From Candidatus Poribacteria bacterium (GTDB lineage: Bacteria > Poribacteria > WGA-4E > PCPOR2b), in NCBI GenBank assembly GCA_965215015.1, contig OZ244042.1:1056001-1120000 (forward strand): a DNA stretch of 64,000 nt, given 5' to 3'. Shown here piece by piece: positions 41,428 through 51,302 of this stretch (position 1 is its first letter; the number at the start of each line of letters is the position of its first letter). The notes beneath the pieces were generated by a model. The model saw only the letters and a list, made by a program, of their open reading frames with translations. It was not told the origin of the DNA and did not search any database. Made by a program: the position numbers and the translations under genes.

Positions 41428-41817
41428 TCACTCATGTGCTGCACCACCAATGATGACAAGGAGCGCACTATCCTCCTTGGCTTCGACAGCGTGAAGGACA
41501 TCAGCCGTGAAGGTAACCGCCTCACCTTGCTCCAGCGAAATCTCCGTCGCTTTTGTTGAAAATATGATGCTTCCGTTAAGTGCAATAACGGTAGCAGTAG
41601 CAGGTGCCGGATGCTCTTTAAGCGCAGCTCCTGCTTTGAGGGTGATTAGTACAACAGTCATTTCATCTCCACGAGCCAGTGTCAGCGAAGCTCGCCCTGA
41701 TGTAGTGAATGTCGCTTCTCTCATCAGTTTTTCAGCCATTGACATAAGTGGAAACGCCTTCGTCATTGAGATGTTCAGATCTACAGGTCTGTAGGGTCTT
41801 TCAAATGATGCATTCAT
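41428..41817 (-). CDS. Cupin domain protein
   Basis: LKEHPAP...LHAVEA; directly upstream of qNor. Confidence 0.8.
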   Translation of the reverse strand: MNASFERPYRPVDLNISMTKAFPLMSMAEKLMREATFTTSGRASLTLARGDEMTVVLITLKAGAALKEHPAPATATVIALNGSIIFSTKATEISLEQGEAVTFTADVLHAVEAKEDSALLVIIGGAAHE

Positions 41818-41877
41818 TATGAAACCTCCGTTGGTTGAATACTACGTTAAATAGATTCTTTTCTATCTATTCGTTGT

Positions 41878-44595
41878 TTATACTTTAGGTTTAGCGTGCT
41901 TCTCCAGAATGAGTTGCGTCCGATCCTCTCGTACCAGCATATCGAAAAAACGTTTCGCTGCGAGATAATCTTCGGGTGGGATAATTGACTCCTTGATAGT
42001 GAAGCTAATTTCGTAATGAATCTGATTCCCTTTCAGTTTATACTGTCGCTCCATGCTGGCAAAGCGATTTTCCAGACGAAGATCTTGCGGAAAGGTCGCT
42101 GTCCACCCCTCCGGCAGGATAATCCGGATTGTTTTCTTCATCTGCATCGGGTACCTCAAATCAAGTGGGTGCTGACGTTCAGCCGCTGCAAAAATCTCTG
42201 CATAGTCTGAAAATTCATCGCTCGGCAGCGGAAACATCAGGCGGTTCCCAACCAGCTCAGCGTAATTCTTAGCGGTAAAACCAACGTTGAGCTGCACCGG
42301 TTCGTTGAGATCCCCCAAATTAGAAACCTGCACTGAATCAACTCGGACGCCGGGAAATTGCTTACTAAGTCCGACAGCAAAGGTATCCTTCCACTCACTC
42401 GGCGACACCTGCTTGTACTCCAACCGCGCTTCAAAATTGTATTGCCCAAGGGTATCAATCCGCATGGCCCCCTGAACCGTCCCATCTTCTGTCACCACGA
42501 TTTCTGTGTCAACGATTAACCGATTGGATTCCGGTGTAGAGATGGGAATATCCACAAACTCACCCCAATCGCTTTGTATCACGAACCCCTTTCGTCCTCT
42601 ATTCCGTGCCGGGAGATCGCCGTAGCTGCAGGTATCGGCAGCTGGATCGAGCCAAATATAGTCGCCATCGTTACGCGGAACCGCAGCAATCAGGTGGCTA
42701 AACTGTCCGAGCGAAGGGAGTTCCAGATCAATGTATTGATACGGTGCAGGATTCAGCATCACCGGAAACGCCTCAATACCAACCAAATCAAGCATTGCAA
42801 TCATCAAGGTAGTCTTATCCTTGCAGTCACCGTATCGGACACTGAGCACCTGATCGGCGGGCGTGGGCTGATATGCACCTTGCCCCAGTTCAATCCCCAC
42901 ATAGCGAATCTGTGATGCGACGAAATGGTATATTGCCCGAATTTTGTCATCCTCCGTGAGCAGATTTGCTGTGAGTTCCTCGACGGTTTCTTCAATTGCT
43001 TGATCAACGGTATACCGGTCCTTTGCAATGTCTTTGTACCAATTGTAAACAGCGTCCCAAGACTCTACAGAGGAATAACTCAAGCGTGGAACAATATTGT
43101 TAGTCGCCGGCATGTTGTACTCCTCTTTAAGAGCAGGTGTTTCGCCGTAGATCCAGAGATGGGTGCTAGTTTCCTTCTCATGTAGTACCTGAGGATTGAG
43201 TTGGCAATGGATTGCCTTCCACTTGAAGTTCGTCCCTTTGGGTACACGTAAGGCATAGGCGGATTGCAGAATCGGATCTGTAGATTGAAAACTGAAGCCG
43301 CCCCAAAACCATGAGGTGCTCCCAACCGATGCCGCCCCCGCATCTTCAAGTGTGACCTGATACTCAATGCACACTCCCGGCTTGAGAGCGGGCATCGAGA
43401 TCACCCGCCACATAGAATCAGAATAGAGGTTATAGGAGAGCAGCCCCGGCGGTGTGACATCGTTGAACGCCTCCTCCGGGGGTTCAACAACAGACCCGTC
43501 GGGGGTAATAGTCCGCGCAATATTGACGGTAATGTATTGTGCGTTGGGTGTGTGTGGAATGGCGATATCATCATAGCTCTGCACCCCTCTCTCCGTCAGA
43601 ATCTTGATTACCTGATGGGAGGTATAGCGAGATTTCCCAGTCGGGGTGACTTCGTGGCTAAACTGGTTGAGTAAAATGATTGCGTCAGCATTGGGGTAAT
43701 CTACCGCATCAGGAGCCGCAGCGATGACTCCCTCAATGTCGATGTCAATTAAATCTACAGGCACAAGGTCAACAACCATTCGAGCAGATTGATCTAACTG
43801 TGCAAGGGCTTGGAGGCGCGTCGGTGCAAGGAGATTCTGCGGATCTATCTCTAAAATTTTATGGTACTGGAGCTGTGCTTCATAGTAACGTCCATGCTCC
43901 TCGTAGAGAGAGGCGAGGCTTTGGCGGGACCATATATCTTTCGGGAAAAGCCGGATCGACTCCCTAAATTCCGCAATAGCTTCGCCAATCTCGCCTCTCT
44001 CCCAGTAAACCAAGGCGAGATAGTTATGCAGATTTCTGCTAGCGGGCCGTGCAGATTTTGGATCAATCGCCATCGCCTTTCGTAAAACCCCTTCAGCGTC
44101 GTCAAGCCGACCAAGCTGCTTGTAAGCTACTCCAAGATGGCTGAGGGCGTACAGGTTATGCGGCTCAACCTCTAAGGTATCTTCGTAAACTTGCGCCGCA
44201 GCCTTATAGTTGTTCAGTCTCTCATAAATGTAACCGAGAGAATTGCGCGCATCCATATTCTGGGGAACGAGCCTTACTGTGGCAGCAAAAGCGTCCCTCG
44301 CCTTTTCATATTCCTCCTGTTGGAGGTAGATCTTAGCGATTTGGAATTGGATCTGGCTCATATTCGGCTTAATCACTAATGCAGCTTGATAGGCTTCAAG
44401 CGCACGCTTCAAGTCTTTATCTTGGAGAGCCAAATTTCCCGCCTCGACCTGTTCACGCCACTCTTTATTTCGTTCAACCAGCGGATCGACAATCACCCTC
44501 TCAGCGGATTGACCTCGACTGAAGATTGAACAACCACTCAGCAACAGCAGGATTGTGATCAGGGAAATGTCTGTTTTGAAATGTCGGATTACCAC
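41878..44595 (-). CDS. Lipoprotein with TPR repeats, DUF3857 and transglutaminase-like domains
   Basis: LLSGC lipobox, multiple TPRs, IRYVGIELG, GDCKD, FSH, WLDP. Confidence 0.88.
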   Translation of the reverse strand: MVIRHFKTDISLITILLLLSGCSIFSRGQSAERVIVDPLVERNKEWREQVEAGNLALQDKDLKRALEAYQAALVIKPNMSQIQFQIAKIYLQQEEYEKARDAFAATVRLVPQNMDARNSLGYIYERLNNYKAAAQVYEDTLEVEPHNLYALSHLGVAYKQLGRLDDAEGVLRKAMAIDPKSARPASRNLHNYLALVYWERGEIGEAIAEFRESIRLFPKDIWSRQSLASLYEEHGRYYEAQLQYHKILEIDPQNLLAPTRLQALAQLDQSARMVVDLVPVDLIDIDIEGVIAAAPDAVDYPNADAIILLNQFSHEVTPTGKSRYTSHQVIKILTERGVQSYDDIAIPHTPNAQYITVNIARTITPDGSVVEPPEEAFNDVTPPGLLSYNLYSDSMWRVISMPALKPGVCIEYQVTLEDAGAASVGSTSWFWGGFSFQSTDPILQSAYALRVPKGTNFKWKAIHCQLNPQVLHEKETSTHLWIYGETPALKEEYNMPATNNIVPRLSYSSVESWDAVYNWYKDIAKDRYTVDQAIEETVEELTANLLTEDDKIRAIYHFVASQIRYVGIELGQGAYQPTPADQVLSVRYGDCKDKTTLMIAMLDLVGIEAFPVMLNPAPYQYIDLELPSLGQFSHLIAAVPRNDGDYIWLDPAADTCSYGDLPARNRGRKGFVIQSDWGEFVDIPISTPESNRLIVDTEIVVTEDGTVQGAMRIDTLGQYNFEARLEYKQVSPSEWKDTFAVGLSKQFPGVRVDSVQVSNLGDLNEPVQLNVGFTAKNYAELVGNRLMFPLPSDEFSDYAEIFAAAERQHPLDLRYPMQMKKTIRIILPEGWTATFPQDLRLENRFASMERQYKLKGNQIHYEISFTIKESIIPPEDYLAAKRFFDMLVREDRTQLILEKHAKPKV

Positions 44596-44606
44596 AATTA
44601 TTCTCC

Positions 44607-44927
44607 TTACGTTTCACCTCGATGACGCATGCCAGTTAGCACAACCAACGGCTCTTCGCTCGTCACCGTAATAGAGTGATAAGTATTCGCTGGCACATCC
44701 ACGCGATCCCCAGCTTGGATCTGTCCGCGCTCCTCCTCTACCAACACATCGGCTCTACCCGACAACACGCAGACCACTTCAGCCTGTGTGTGGATGTAAT
44801 CCAGATAGGCGGCCCCGGGTGCTCCTTTCCACTGATACGCACCAAAACCTTCTGAATGTAACTGATTTTCCAACTCATCAATATCAGCAGTCTCGCCGGT
44901 TTTGAGCCAGCGAGAAATCCATTACAT
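44607..44927 (-). pseudogene. Cupin protein with a stop at codon 2 (ATG TAA), or expressed from TTG 44873
   Basis: GGAGG RBS then ATG-TAA-TGG-ATT-TCT-CGC-TGG in frame with the cupin ORF. Confidence 0.6.
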
Positions 44928-45084
44928 TGTCAACCTCCATGTTAGCACAATCCACGAAATTAGCATTTCATCCTATATAAGTTTACCAAAAAGCTGCCTT
45001 AACATCAACGATATTCATGCAAGTTCACTTTTGTTTCTTGAGACGATCACGACCTTCTGATATAATAACGTAAGTTGCTAGGGT

Positions 45085-45320
45085 ATGTTGACAGTTGACA
45101 AATTGAACCCATCTGATGTGCCTTGAGGCGATTTTTGGGTTTCTGTAGGGGCAACCCCAATACCTGATGTGTCGCACAACCGTGTATAGTGAATTGAAAA
45201 CACCCGGACTATAGCGCAATTGGGAGATTTTCCGAAATTGTCAACCTGTAGGGGGTGGGGTTCCCAACCGTCGGGCGAGGCAACCCACCCCCTACGATTA
45301 GGTTCTGTTGACATTTGACA
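45085..45320. repeat. Intergenic REP-like palindromes
   Basis: gtagggggtggggttccc...ccaccccctac and flanking gttgaca.ttgaca repeats. Confidence 0.55.
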
Positions 45321-45505
45321 GACGGTTGCAAGCACCTCGCTATCAAGGACAGTAGAGTTTCTGCCATTCAATACCACTCCCTTACGGATACCTAGAGCAA
45401 ACCCCAACACCCCAACCAACGAACAAATGAACCCAAAAATATGACGGAGCAGAAGAAAAGGACGGAAGCAACAACGAATGCAATTATTATGTCACGGAGA
45501 AAAAA

Positions 45506-46510
45506 ATGAACGCATCGCGTTATGTTGTTGATCAGATTGAGGTTGATGATATTGAGACCTATGTCTTGCGAGATGATACCACAAAAGCAGAGGCGAGAAT
45601 CGCAACGAACCTTGGAAATAACTGCTACAGCTTTGGAATCCCCGTCAATGGTGAATGGATAGACCTGATTGACCCACCCCCCGATTTGGAAACGCTGAAA
45701 AACGAGCCAACGAAGTACGGCAATCCAATTCTATTCCCGTTTCCGAACCGTATCCGCGAAGGAAAGTTCTCTTTTGGGGGAAAGGAATACACATTCGACA
45801 AGGCACCGGGAACCCCCAACGCCATTCATGGACTCTTATTGAACCAACCGTATCAGGTAGAAAGCGTAGATACAGCGGACCGCGCTTCAATCGTCTGCCG
45901 CCTAGATTCGCGGGAATTTCCAGCGATTATGCGTCAGTATCCGCTGCCCTTTGAGATCCGGATCACCCATACGCTCATAGAAACCACTTTGACGTTGGAC
46001 ATCCATATCAGAAATACCGGTGATAATAATATGCCGATGGGATTTGGCATCCACCCTTATTTTCGTGTGCCGTTGTCATCAAAATCTTCGGCTGAACGAT
46101 GCCTAATCACTGTGCCGGCTTCAAAACGTTGGGAGCTGGAGGAACTCCTACCAACAGGTGAGGTGTCCGATCTGGACGAAGATACGGACTTCCGATCCGG
46201 AAAGCCACTCGCGGGACAGCAGTTTGACGATGTTTTGACCGGCGTCATCTTGTCAGACAACGTGAGTCGTTGCATCATTGATGACCGAGACGGGGGCGTC
46301 CGCATGATCCTAGAATCCGACGCGCAGTTTCGAGAGCTGGTCGTCTACACCCCCCCAAGCCGCCCATCAATCTGCTTTGAACCGTATACCTGCCCGAGCA
46401 ACGCAATTAATCTCGAAGCGAGAGGCATTGATGCCGGTGTCATCGTTTTGGAACCAGGGGCAGCATTTTCTGGCACAATCCGAATCATTGCGGAACTTAC
46501 GAGACTTTGA
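45506..46510 (+). CDS. Aldose 1-epimerase family protein
   Basis: LFPFPNRI, AIHG, GIHPYF, CFEP. Confidence 0.9.
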   Translation: MNASRYVVDQIEVDDIETYVLRDDTTKAEARIATNLGNNCYSFGIPVNGEWIDLIDPPPDLETLKNEPTKYGNPILFPFPNRIREGKFSFGGKEYTFDKAPGTPNAIHGLLLNQPYQVESVDTADRASIVCRLDSREFPAIMRQYPLPFEIRITHTLIETTLTLDIHIRNTGDNNMPMGFGIHPYFRVPLSSKSSAERCLITVPASKRWELEELLPTGEVSDLDEDTDFRSGKPLAGQQFDDVLTGVILSDNVSRCIIDDRDGGVRMILESDAQFRELVVYTPPSRPSICFEPYTCPSNAINLEARGIDAGVIVLEPGAAFSGTIRIIAELTRL

Positions 46511-46622
46511 ATTTGTTCATTTGACAGCACCTAGGTCAAGTTTCCACACTCGACACTAAAACTTAGAAACGCCGAGAATCCTCGACGAGTCGGGAGATAC
46601 AAGCACTTATATTGGATCCTTC

Positions 46623-46940
46623 ATGCAAACCCTTCACACAACCATTCACCAACTCCACAACAACGACAGCACGTTGGTTTTAATTACGGGGAAACCGGTG
46701 TCGGTAAAGAACCGGTTGCCCGATCCATTCATGGCACTTAATTGTGGGGCGATTCCTTTTGAACTGGCAGAGCCCATCTTCTTCGGCCATATCCGTGGTG
46801 CATTCACTGGAGCAATAGCAAGTCAGACGGGCTACTTTGAACGTGCCAACGGTGGAACCTTGTTTCTGGAGGAAATAGGTGACATGCTAATCAAAACCCA
46901 GGTCAAATTCCTCCGTGCGCTGGATGAGAGTGCCATCATG
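46623..46940 (+). pseudogene. Sigma54-interaction (AAA+) domain fragment
   Basis: VLITG, ALNCGAIP, GAFTGA, GGTLFLEEIG, KFLRAL; Walker A disrupted, truncated. Confidence 0.75.
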
Positions 46941-47122
46941 CCTAAAGGTTGGTCGAGCGTCGATTTGCCTACCAATCGACCGGGGAGGTATCATATAGAC
47001 GCATATACGCGAGTTTCTCTGACACAGAATAATCAAAACATCACAACGGGGCAGAATCAGCGTGACATTGTATCTGTAGAATTTATGTTGCACTAAAGTG
47101 TTGAACTAAAGGAGGCGTAACC

Positions 47123-48103
47123 ATGCGGCTGTTGTTTTTCGTGATCAGTCTTTGGCTGATCATGAGCCCCCTCCAGGGCAAAATTGTATTTTACTCCAAG
47201 AGGGATGGAAACAGTGAGATCTACACGATGGACTCCGACGGAAGGAATCAGGTCCGCTTGACGCATAGTCCAGCATTAGATGGTTTTCCGGCTTGGTCCC
47301 CGAACGGACGACAGATTTTATTTACTAGTAATCGTGATGGGAATTCTGAAGTTTATGTGATGGATGCCGCTGGCGGGAATCAACGTAACTTATCACGCCA
47401 CCCATGGAGTGATGTGGCTGGCAATTGGTCGCCGGATGGGAAACGGATTGTATTTACGAGTGCACGTGCGGGGGAGAATGCGCCAGGCAGAGTGAATGGC
47501 ATTTATACAATGGATAACGATGGGGAACATATTCAATTAGTTGTAAAGATGAAGTTTATCGCAGAGTTGAAGTGGTCCCCGGATGGGAAGCGGATAGCGT
47601 TTGAGGGGGTTATGGAAAATGGGTCGCGGGAGATTTATGTTGTTGATGCGGATGGTACGGACTTATGGCAAGCTTCACAGTCGGTTGCCGGGGGCATAAT
47701 GTTTATAGGTGGGTGGGCACCGGATAGTAAAAAGATTATATATACAAAACTTACGCGTGAAGGCGAAAAGGAGGAGGCCACTATCGTTATTGTTACAATT
47801 GATGCAAAAGGACATGAAGCTATCGAACATGAAGATGTGAAGCTGCCTCATAATCCATGGTTAAGCGTAAGTGGTGAGGCGTGGGGTTCTGATGGAAAAT
47901 CTATCCTCATCGCGGGTCGGATTGGAATTTGGAATATTTACCGTTTCCGATTCGCTGGCCGAGAGCTTATCCAGTTGACGGATAGTCCTGCAACCGATTT
48001 TGCTCCCGATGAATGGAATCCGCGCCTGCCGATCTCGCCGCAGGGATTAATACCAAGGCTTTGGGGGATATCAAGTCCCACCCATAAGTCATTAAGGAGT
48101 TGA
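47123..48103 (+). CDS. Exported TolB-like (PD40) beta-propeller protein
   Basis: Signal peptide, repeated WSPDG/RDGNSEIY motifs, C-terminal ISPQGL...WG. Confidence 0.85.
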   Translation: MRLLFFVISLWLIMSPLQGKIVFYSKRDGNSEIYTMDSDGRNQVRLTHSPALDGFPAWSPNGRQILFTSNRDGNSEVYVMDAAGGNQRNLSRHPWSDVAGNWSPDGKRIVFTSARAGENAPGRVNGIYTMDNDGEHIQLVVKMKFIAELKWSPDGKRIAFEGVMENGSREIYVVDADGTDLWQASQSVAGGIMFIGGWAPDSKKIIYTKLTREGEKEEATIVIVTIDAKGHEAIEHEDVKLPHNPWLSVSGEAWGSDGKSILIAGRIGIWNIYRFRFAGRELIQLTDSPATDFAPDEWNPRLPISPQGLIPRLWGISSPTHKSLRS

Positions 48104-48163
48104 GACATTTCCAATCTAAATGCTGCGATCGGAATTCAAAGCAACTTTTTTGTGATCATAAAT

Positions 48164-49402
48164 CTATTTTTTTACAAATTGTTTCCCCGGTAACTGTTGA
48201 ACAATTCCCTTCAACTCAAGCATGACAAGGAGTGAGGAAACCTTACCGATCGGCAGCTGTGTGCCCCGTATAATCTCATCAATATGGACGCTTGAAGCAT
48301 CAATTGCCGATAGCACAGCTTGCTCATCAGGAGTTAAATTGCTTTGAACCCCAATCTTATCGGGGTTAGGTTCTCGCTTTGTCGTCGGTTGAGGGGCGAG
48401 TGTTGATTTTTTTTCGACTGATTGAGGATGAGCAGCCTTATCGGGTCGCTTTGAACCCCGATCTAGGCGGGGAGGAGGTTGGAGAGTTGCTTCGGGCGAT
48501 TCCCGCCCCAAGATTTTCGTGTAGTTTTGGGATAACGCATCAAGCAGGTCGTCAACGCTATTTATCAACGTCGCCCCTTGATTGATGAGGGAATGGGTGC
48601 CCCGTGACACATCGGAAAAGATCTGCCCCGGTACAGCAAACACTTCGCGTCCCTGTTCAGCGGCGTGACGCGCTGTAATGAGCGAACCGCTCCGTTCAGA
48701 AGCCTCAACAACAAGTGTGCCGAGCGTTAAACCACTAATCACGCGATTGCGGCGGGGAAAGTTATTGCCATGGGGCGGCATCGTCATCGGAAATTCAGAA
48801 ATCAATGCACCAGATTTGATAATTTCCGCTGCAAGTGCCCGGTTCGTTGATGGATAAATAATGCTCAACCCGCAGCCGAACACAGCAACCGTGCATCCAC
48901 CGGCTTCAAGGGCACCGCGATGCACACAAGTATCAATACCGCGGGCGAATCCACTCACGATAGTTATACCGCGTTCTGCGAGCTGATGGCTCAGTTGCTG
49001 ACTTATCGTTTTGCCGTATTCGGTCGGGCTACGCGATCCAACAATCGCGATGCTTGGTGCGTCCTGTAGGGGAAATTCGCCTATGATATAAAGCAATACG
49101 GGCGAATCGTCAATCTGCGTGAGGAGGGGTGGGTAAGAGTCATCGTTGATGGTTACGATGTGGCATTGATGCTGCTGGATCAGCTCAAGTTCTTGTGCAA
49201 GGGGAGCGCGCGATCCGCCCTCAATTAGCTGTTGCCGAACATCGGGAGTCAACCCATCGATCTGGGCTAACTCCTGTGATGTCGCAGCAAGCGATTTCTC
49301 TGCAGATCCAAAAGCCGCTAACAAGCGTCGGATGGTATGATTTCCGATACCCGGAATAAGGTTGAGATGAATGAGACTTTTCGTTTCAGCGGCTAACATC
49401 AT
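48164..49402 (-). CDS. dprA: DNA-processing protein DprA
   Basis: AIVGSR, SGFARGID, FPRRNRVISG, GSLITA, LELKG. Confidence 0.93.
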   Translation of the reverse strand: MMLAAETKSLIHLNLIPGIGNHTIRRLLAAFGSAEKSLAATSQELAQIDGLTPDVRQQLIEGGSRAPLAQELELIQQHQCHIVTINDDSYPPLLTQIDDSPVLLYIIGEFPLQDAPSIAIVGSRSPTEYGKTISQQLSHQLAERGITIVSGFARGIDTCVHRGALEAGGCTVAVFGCGLSIIYPSTNRALAAEIIKSGALISEFPMTMPPHGNNFPRRNRVISGLTLGTLVVEASERSGSLITARHAAEQGREVFAVPGQIFSDVSRGTHSLINQGATLINSVDDLLDALSQNYTKILGRESPEATLQPPPRLDRGSKRPDKAAHPQSVEKKSTLAPQPTTKREPNPDKIGVQSNLTPDEQAVLSAIDASSVHIDEIIRGTQLPIGKVSSLLVMLELKGIVQQLPGKQFVKK

Positions 49403-49411
49403 TTGCGAACC

Positions 49412-50017
49412 TCACTGACCCGTTGCCGGCTCTTCACCCGTCATCGGTTCTGCAGGAGGTAGGGCATAGAACACCTGAATATCACGGATCTGCTTAAAAA
49501 TGTTAACCTCTGCGCCGCCGTCTCCTCTTGTTCTACGCTTCTGCCCACCCACACGTCGAGACTCCCATTTTTTAGGGACCTTCAGACGCAACCTTTGGGT
49601 GTGAATTGGTTCCGGGAGCTGAAGTTTGTACTGGTCTTGAAAATGATTCTTAACACTCTTAATCGTTTCCCAATTTCCGGATTCATCTACAATTTGGACT
49701 TCAAAGAATTCAAGTTTCCCTTTATCTGCTATCACAACAATTCGCTGAACGGGCTGCGGTTTTGCCCATCTAAGCGTTGCCTGCGTAAAGTTCTCTTCTT
49801 CTTCTTGGTCTTCCCTGGTTAGGCGAGTTGTTTTCTCAATAATAAGCCTTGAGGTTTCCCCGACTGAGTGCATGTTATCATCATTCAGTTTTGGATCCTG
49901 ACACTCCGCAAACGGTGCAATGTTCCGACTCCACTGCACCGGAGGACCACTTGGGCCCAAACACCCCAGTGTAGAAATCAGACCTAGTATCACAACGGTT
50001 AGTACTACAAAACGCAT
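49412..50017 (-). CDS. Lipoprotein, discoidin/galactose-binding-like fold
   Basis: TLGC lipobox; paralog of 50647-51261. Confidence 0.7.
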   Translation of the reverse strand: MRFVVLTVVILGLISTLGCLGPSGPPVQWSRNIAPFAECQDPKLNDDNMHSVGETSRLIIEKTTRLTREDQEEEENFTQATLRWAKPQPVQRIVVIADKGKLEFFEVQIVDESGNWETIKSVKNHFQDQYKLQLPEPIHTQRLRLKVPKKWESRRVGGQKRRTRGDGGAEVNIFKQIRDIQVFYALPPAEPMTGEEPATGQ

Positions 50018-50052
50018 ATCTTGCCTCCTTTATTTTTTGGTTCATGTCAAAA

Positions 50053-50367
50053 TAGGACTTATGCAGTTGAACGTTCAAAGCCAACACCAAAAAAGGTCGT
50101 GCAATGTTTATGGTTGGTTGAGCCAGGATTATGGCGCAATAGTCATGGTATCCTCGGTGACTCATCAAATACCAAGTGTGCCTCTCGACAGTATTGATCT
50201 ATACGACTCACGCCGCCCGATAAATCAGGCAACTACAGTTCAACCGACAGTAATAGACACGCTCCGCTTTGCCATCATTGGCACAACGGAATGGTATACG
50301 CCGTATGCCTACTACCTTAAAGACGCGCAATGAACGTGCGACTACAAACTCAAGTGCGTAACTCCTA
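50053..50367. mobile_element. MITE-like composite repeat with terminal inverted repeats
   Basis: TAGGACTTATGCA ... TGCGTAACTCCTA ends; interior matches 17810-18058. Confidence 0.7.
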
Positions 50368-50395
50368 TTAATAAAAAGAAAGTGCAGAGCATTAG

Positions 50396-50429
50396 AGAAA
50401 CCGAGTTTTTTTAGAAAAGCTCGGTTTCT
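50396..50429. repeat. Palindrome agaaaccgagtttt...aaaagctcggtttct
   Basis: Inverted repeat read directly from the sequence. Confidence 0.6.
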
Positions 50430-50646
50430 TTGTACTATTTCTTACATGAGAGATTTTTTCTAGTCAAATTCGTAGGAATTTGGGGAAGGGGTGGTTTGGT
50501 AAACAAGTTTACATCCGCCAACCCCAAGTTGTCCAAACACTGACGAGTTCGGCGACAGACTTTCTGAGAAAACTGTTTTAGAGTGAATGAAGAGGGGAAA
50601 TGAAGTGTGATAACTCACTTATCACGCCTATCACGTCTCACTCCCG

Positions 50647-51261
50647 TTAATCCAATTTTAACAGTTGATCCAGTTCCGCTTCGCGTTGATCCTCCGACTC
50701 CTTTGGGCGCGCTGCTGTCGCTGATTGGTAGCCATATAACTCAATTTCATAAATCTTAGCTGGTGCGCGACGATTTCCGCTCGCCCAAAAGTTCCGTCTC
50801 CGTTGCCCTCTACGAAGGGCCGCATCGTCGGTCGTACCTAACACACGGATGCGGATTTTGTCAGTTGGAAACGGTGCCTTCACGGATAAATCAATTGGGT
50901 TTGATGCGACATTATTAACCTCTTTGATGATTTGCCAATCCTCGCTCCCCTTATCCGCATATACGTTGAACTTCTTCAAATTGTCCGAATGAATCACAAC
51001 GCGGCGAATTGTCTTTTTTTTAGGAAGCATGACGATTGCCTGCGAGGTCGGAGCGGGACCAAAGGTGTCCTGCACCCCTTCACGAAACGCTGTTTCCCCA
51101 AACGTCCTGATATTGCCATCAATCATCCTTGTGTTCGTTGCTCTTACCCCTTCTATCGAAGCGTAATTTTCACTCCACTCCTGCCTCGCTACGATTGCAC
51201 AACCGAGCACAAATAAAAAACAAAGACAAATGGATGATAACCCCAAATAACGACCCATCAC
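50647..51261 (-). CDS. Lipoprotein, discoidin/galactose-binding-like fold
   Basis: VLGC lipobox, MIDGNIRT, WQIIKEV, KIRIRV, IYEIELYG. Confidence 0.72.
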   Translation of the reverse strand: MMGRYLGLSSICLCFLFVLGCAIVARQEWSENYASIEGVRATNTRMIDGNIRTFGETAFREGVQDTFGPAPTSQAIVMLPKKKTIRRVVIHSDNLKKFNVYADKGSEDWQIIKEVNNVASNPIDLSVKAPFPTDKIRIRVLGTTDDAALRRGQRRRNFWASGNRRAPAKIYEIELYGYQSATAARPKESEDQREAELDQLLKLD

Positions 51262-51302
51262 TATACCCCCTTGCGGCGATTACGTGTAAACCACCGTGCA
51301 AT

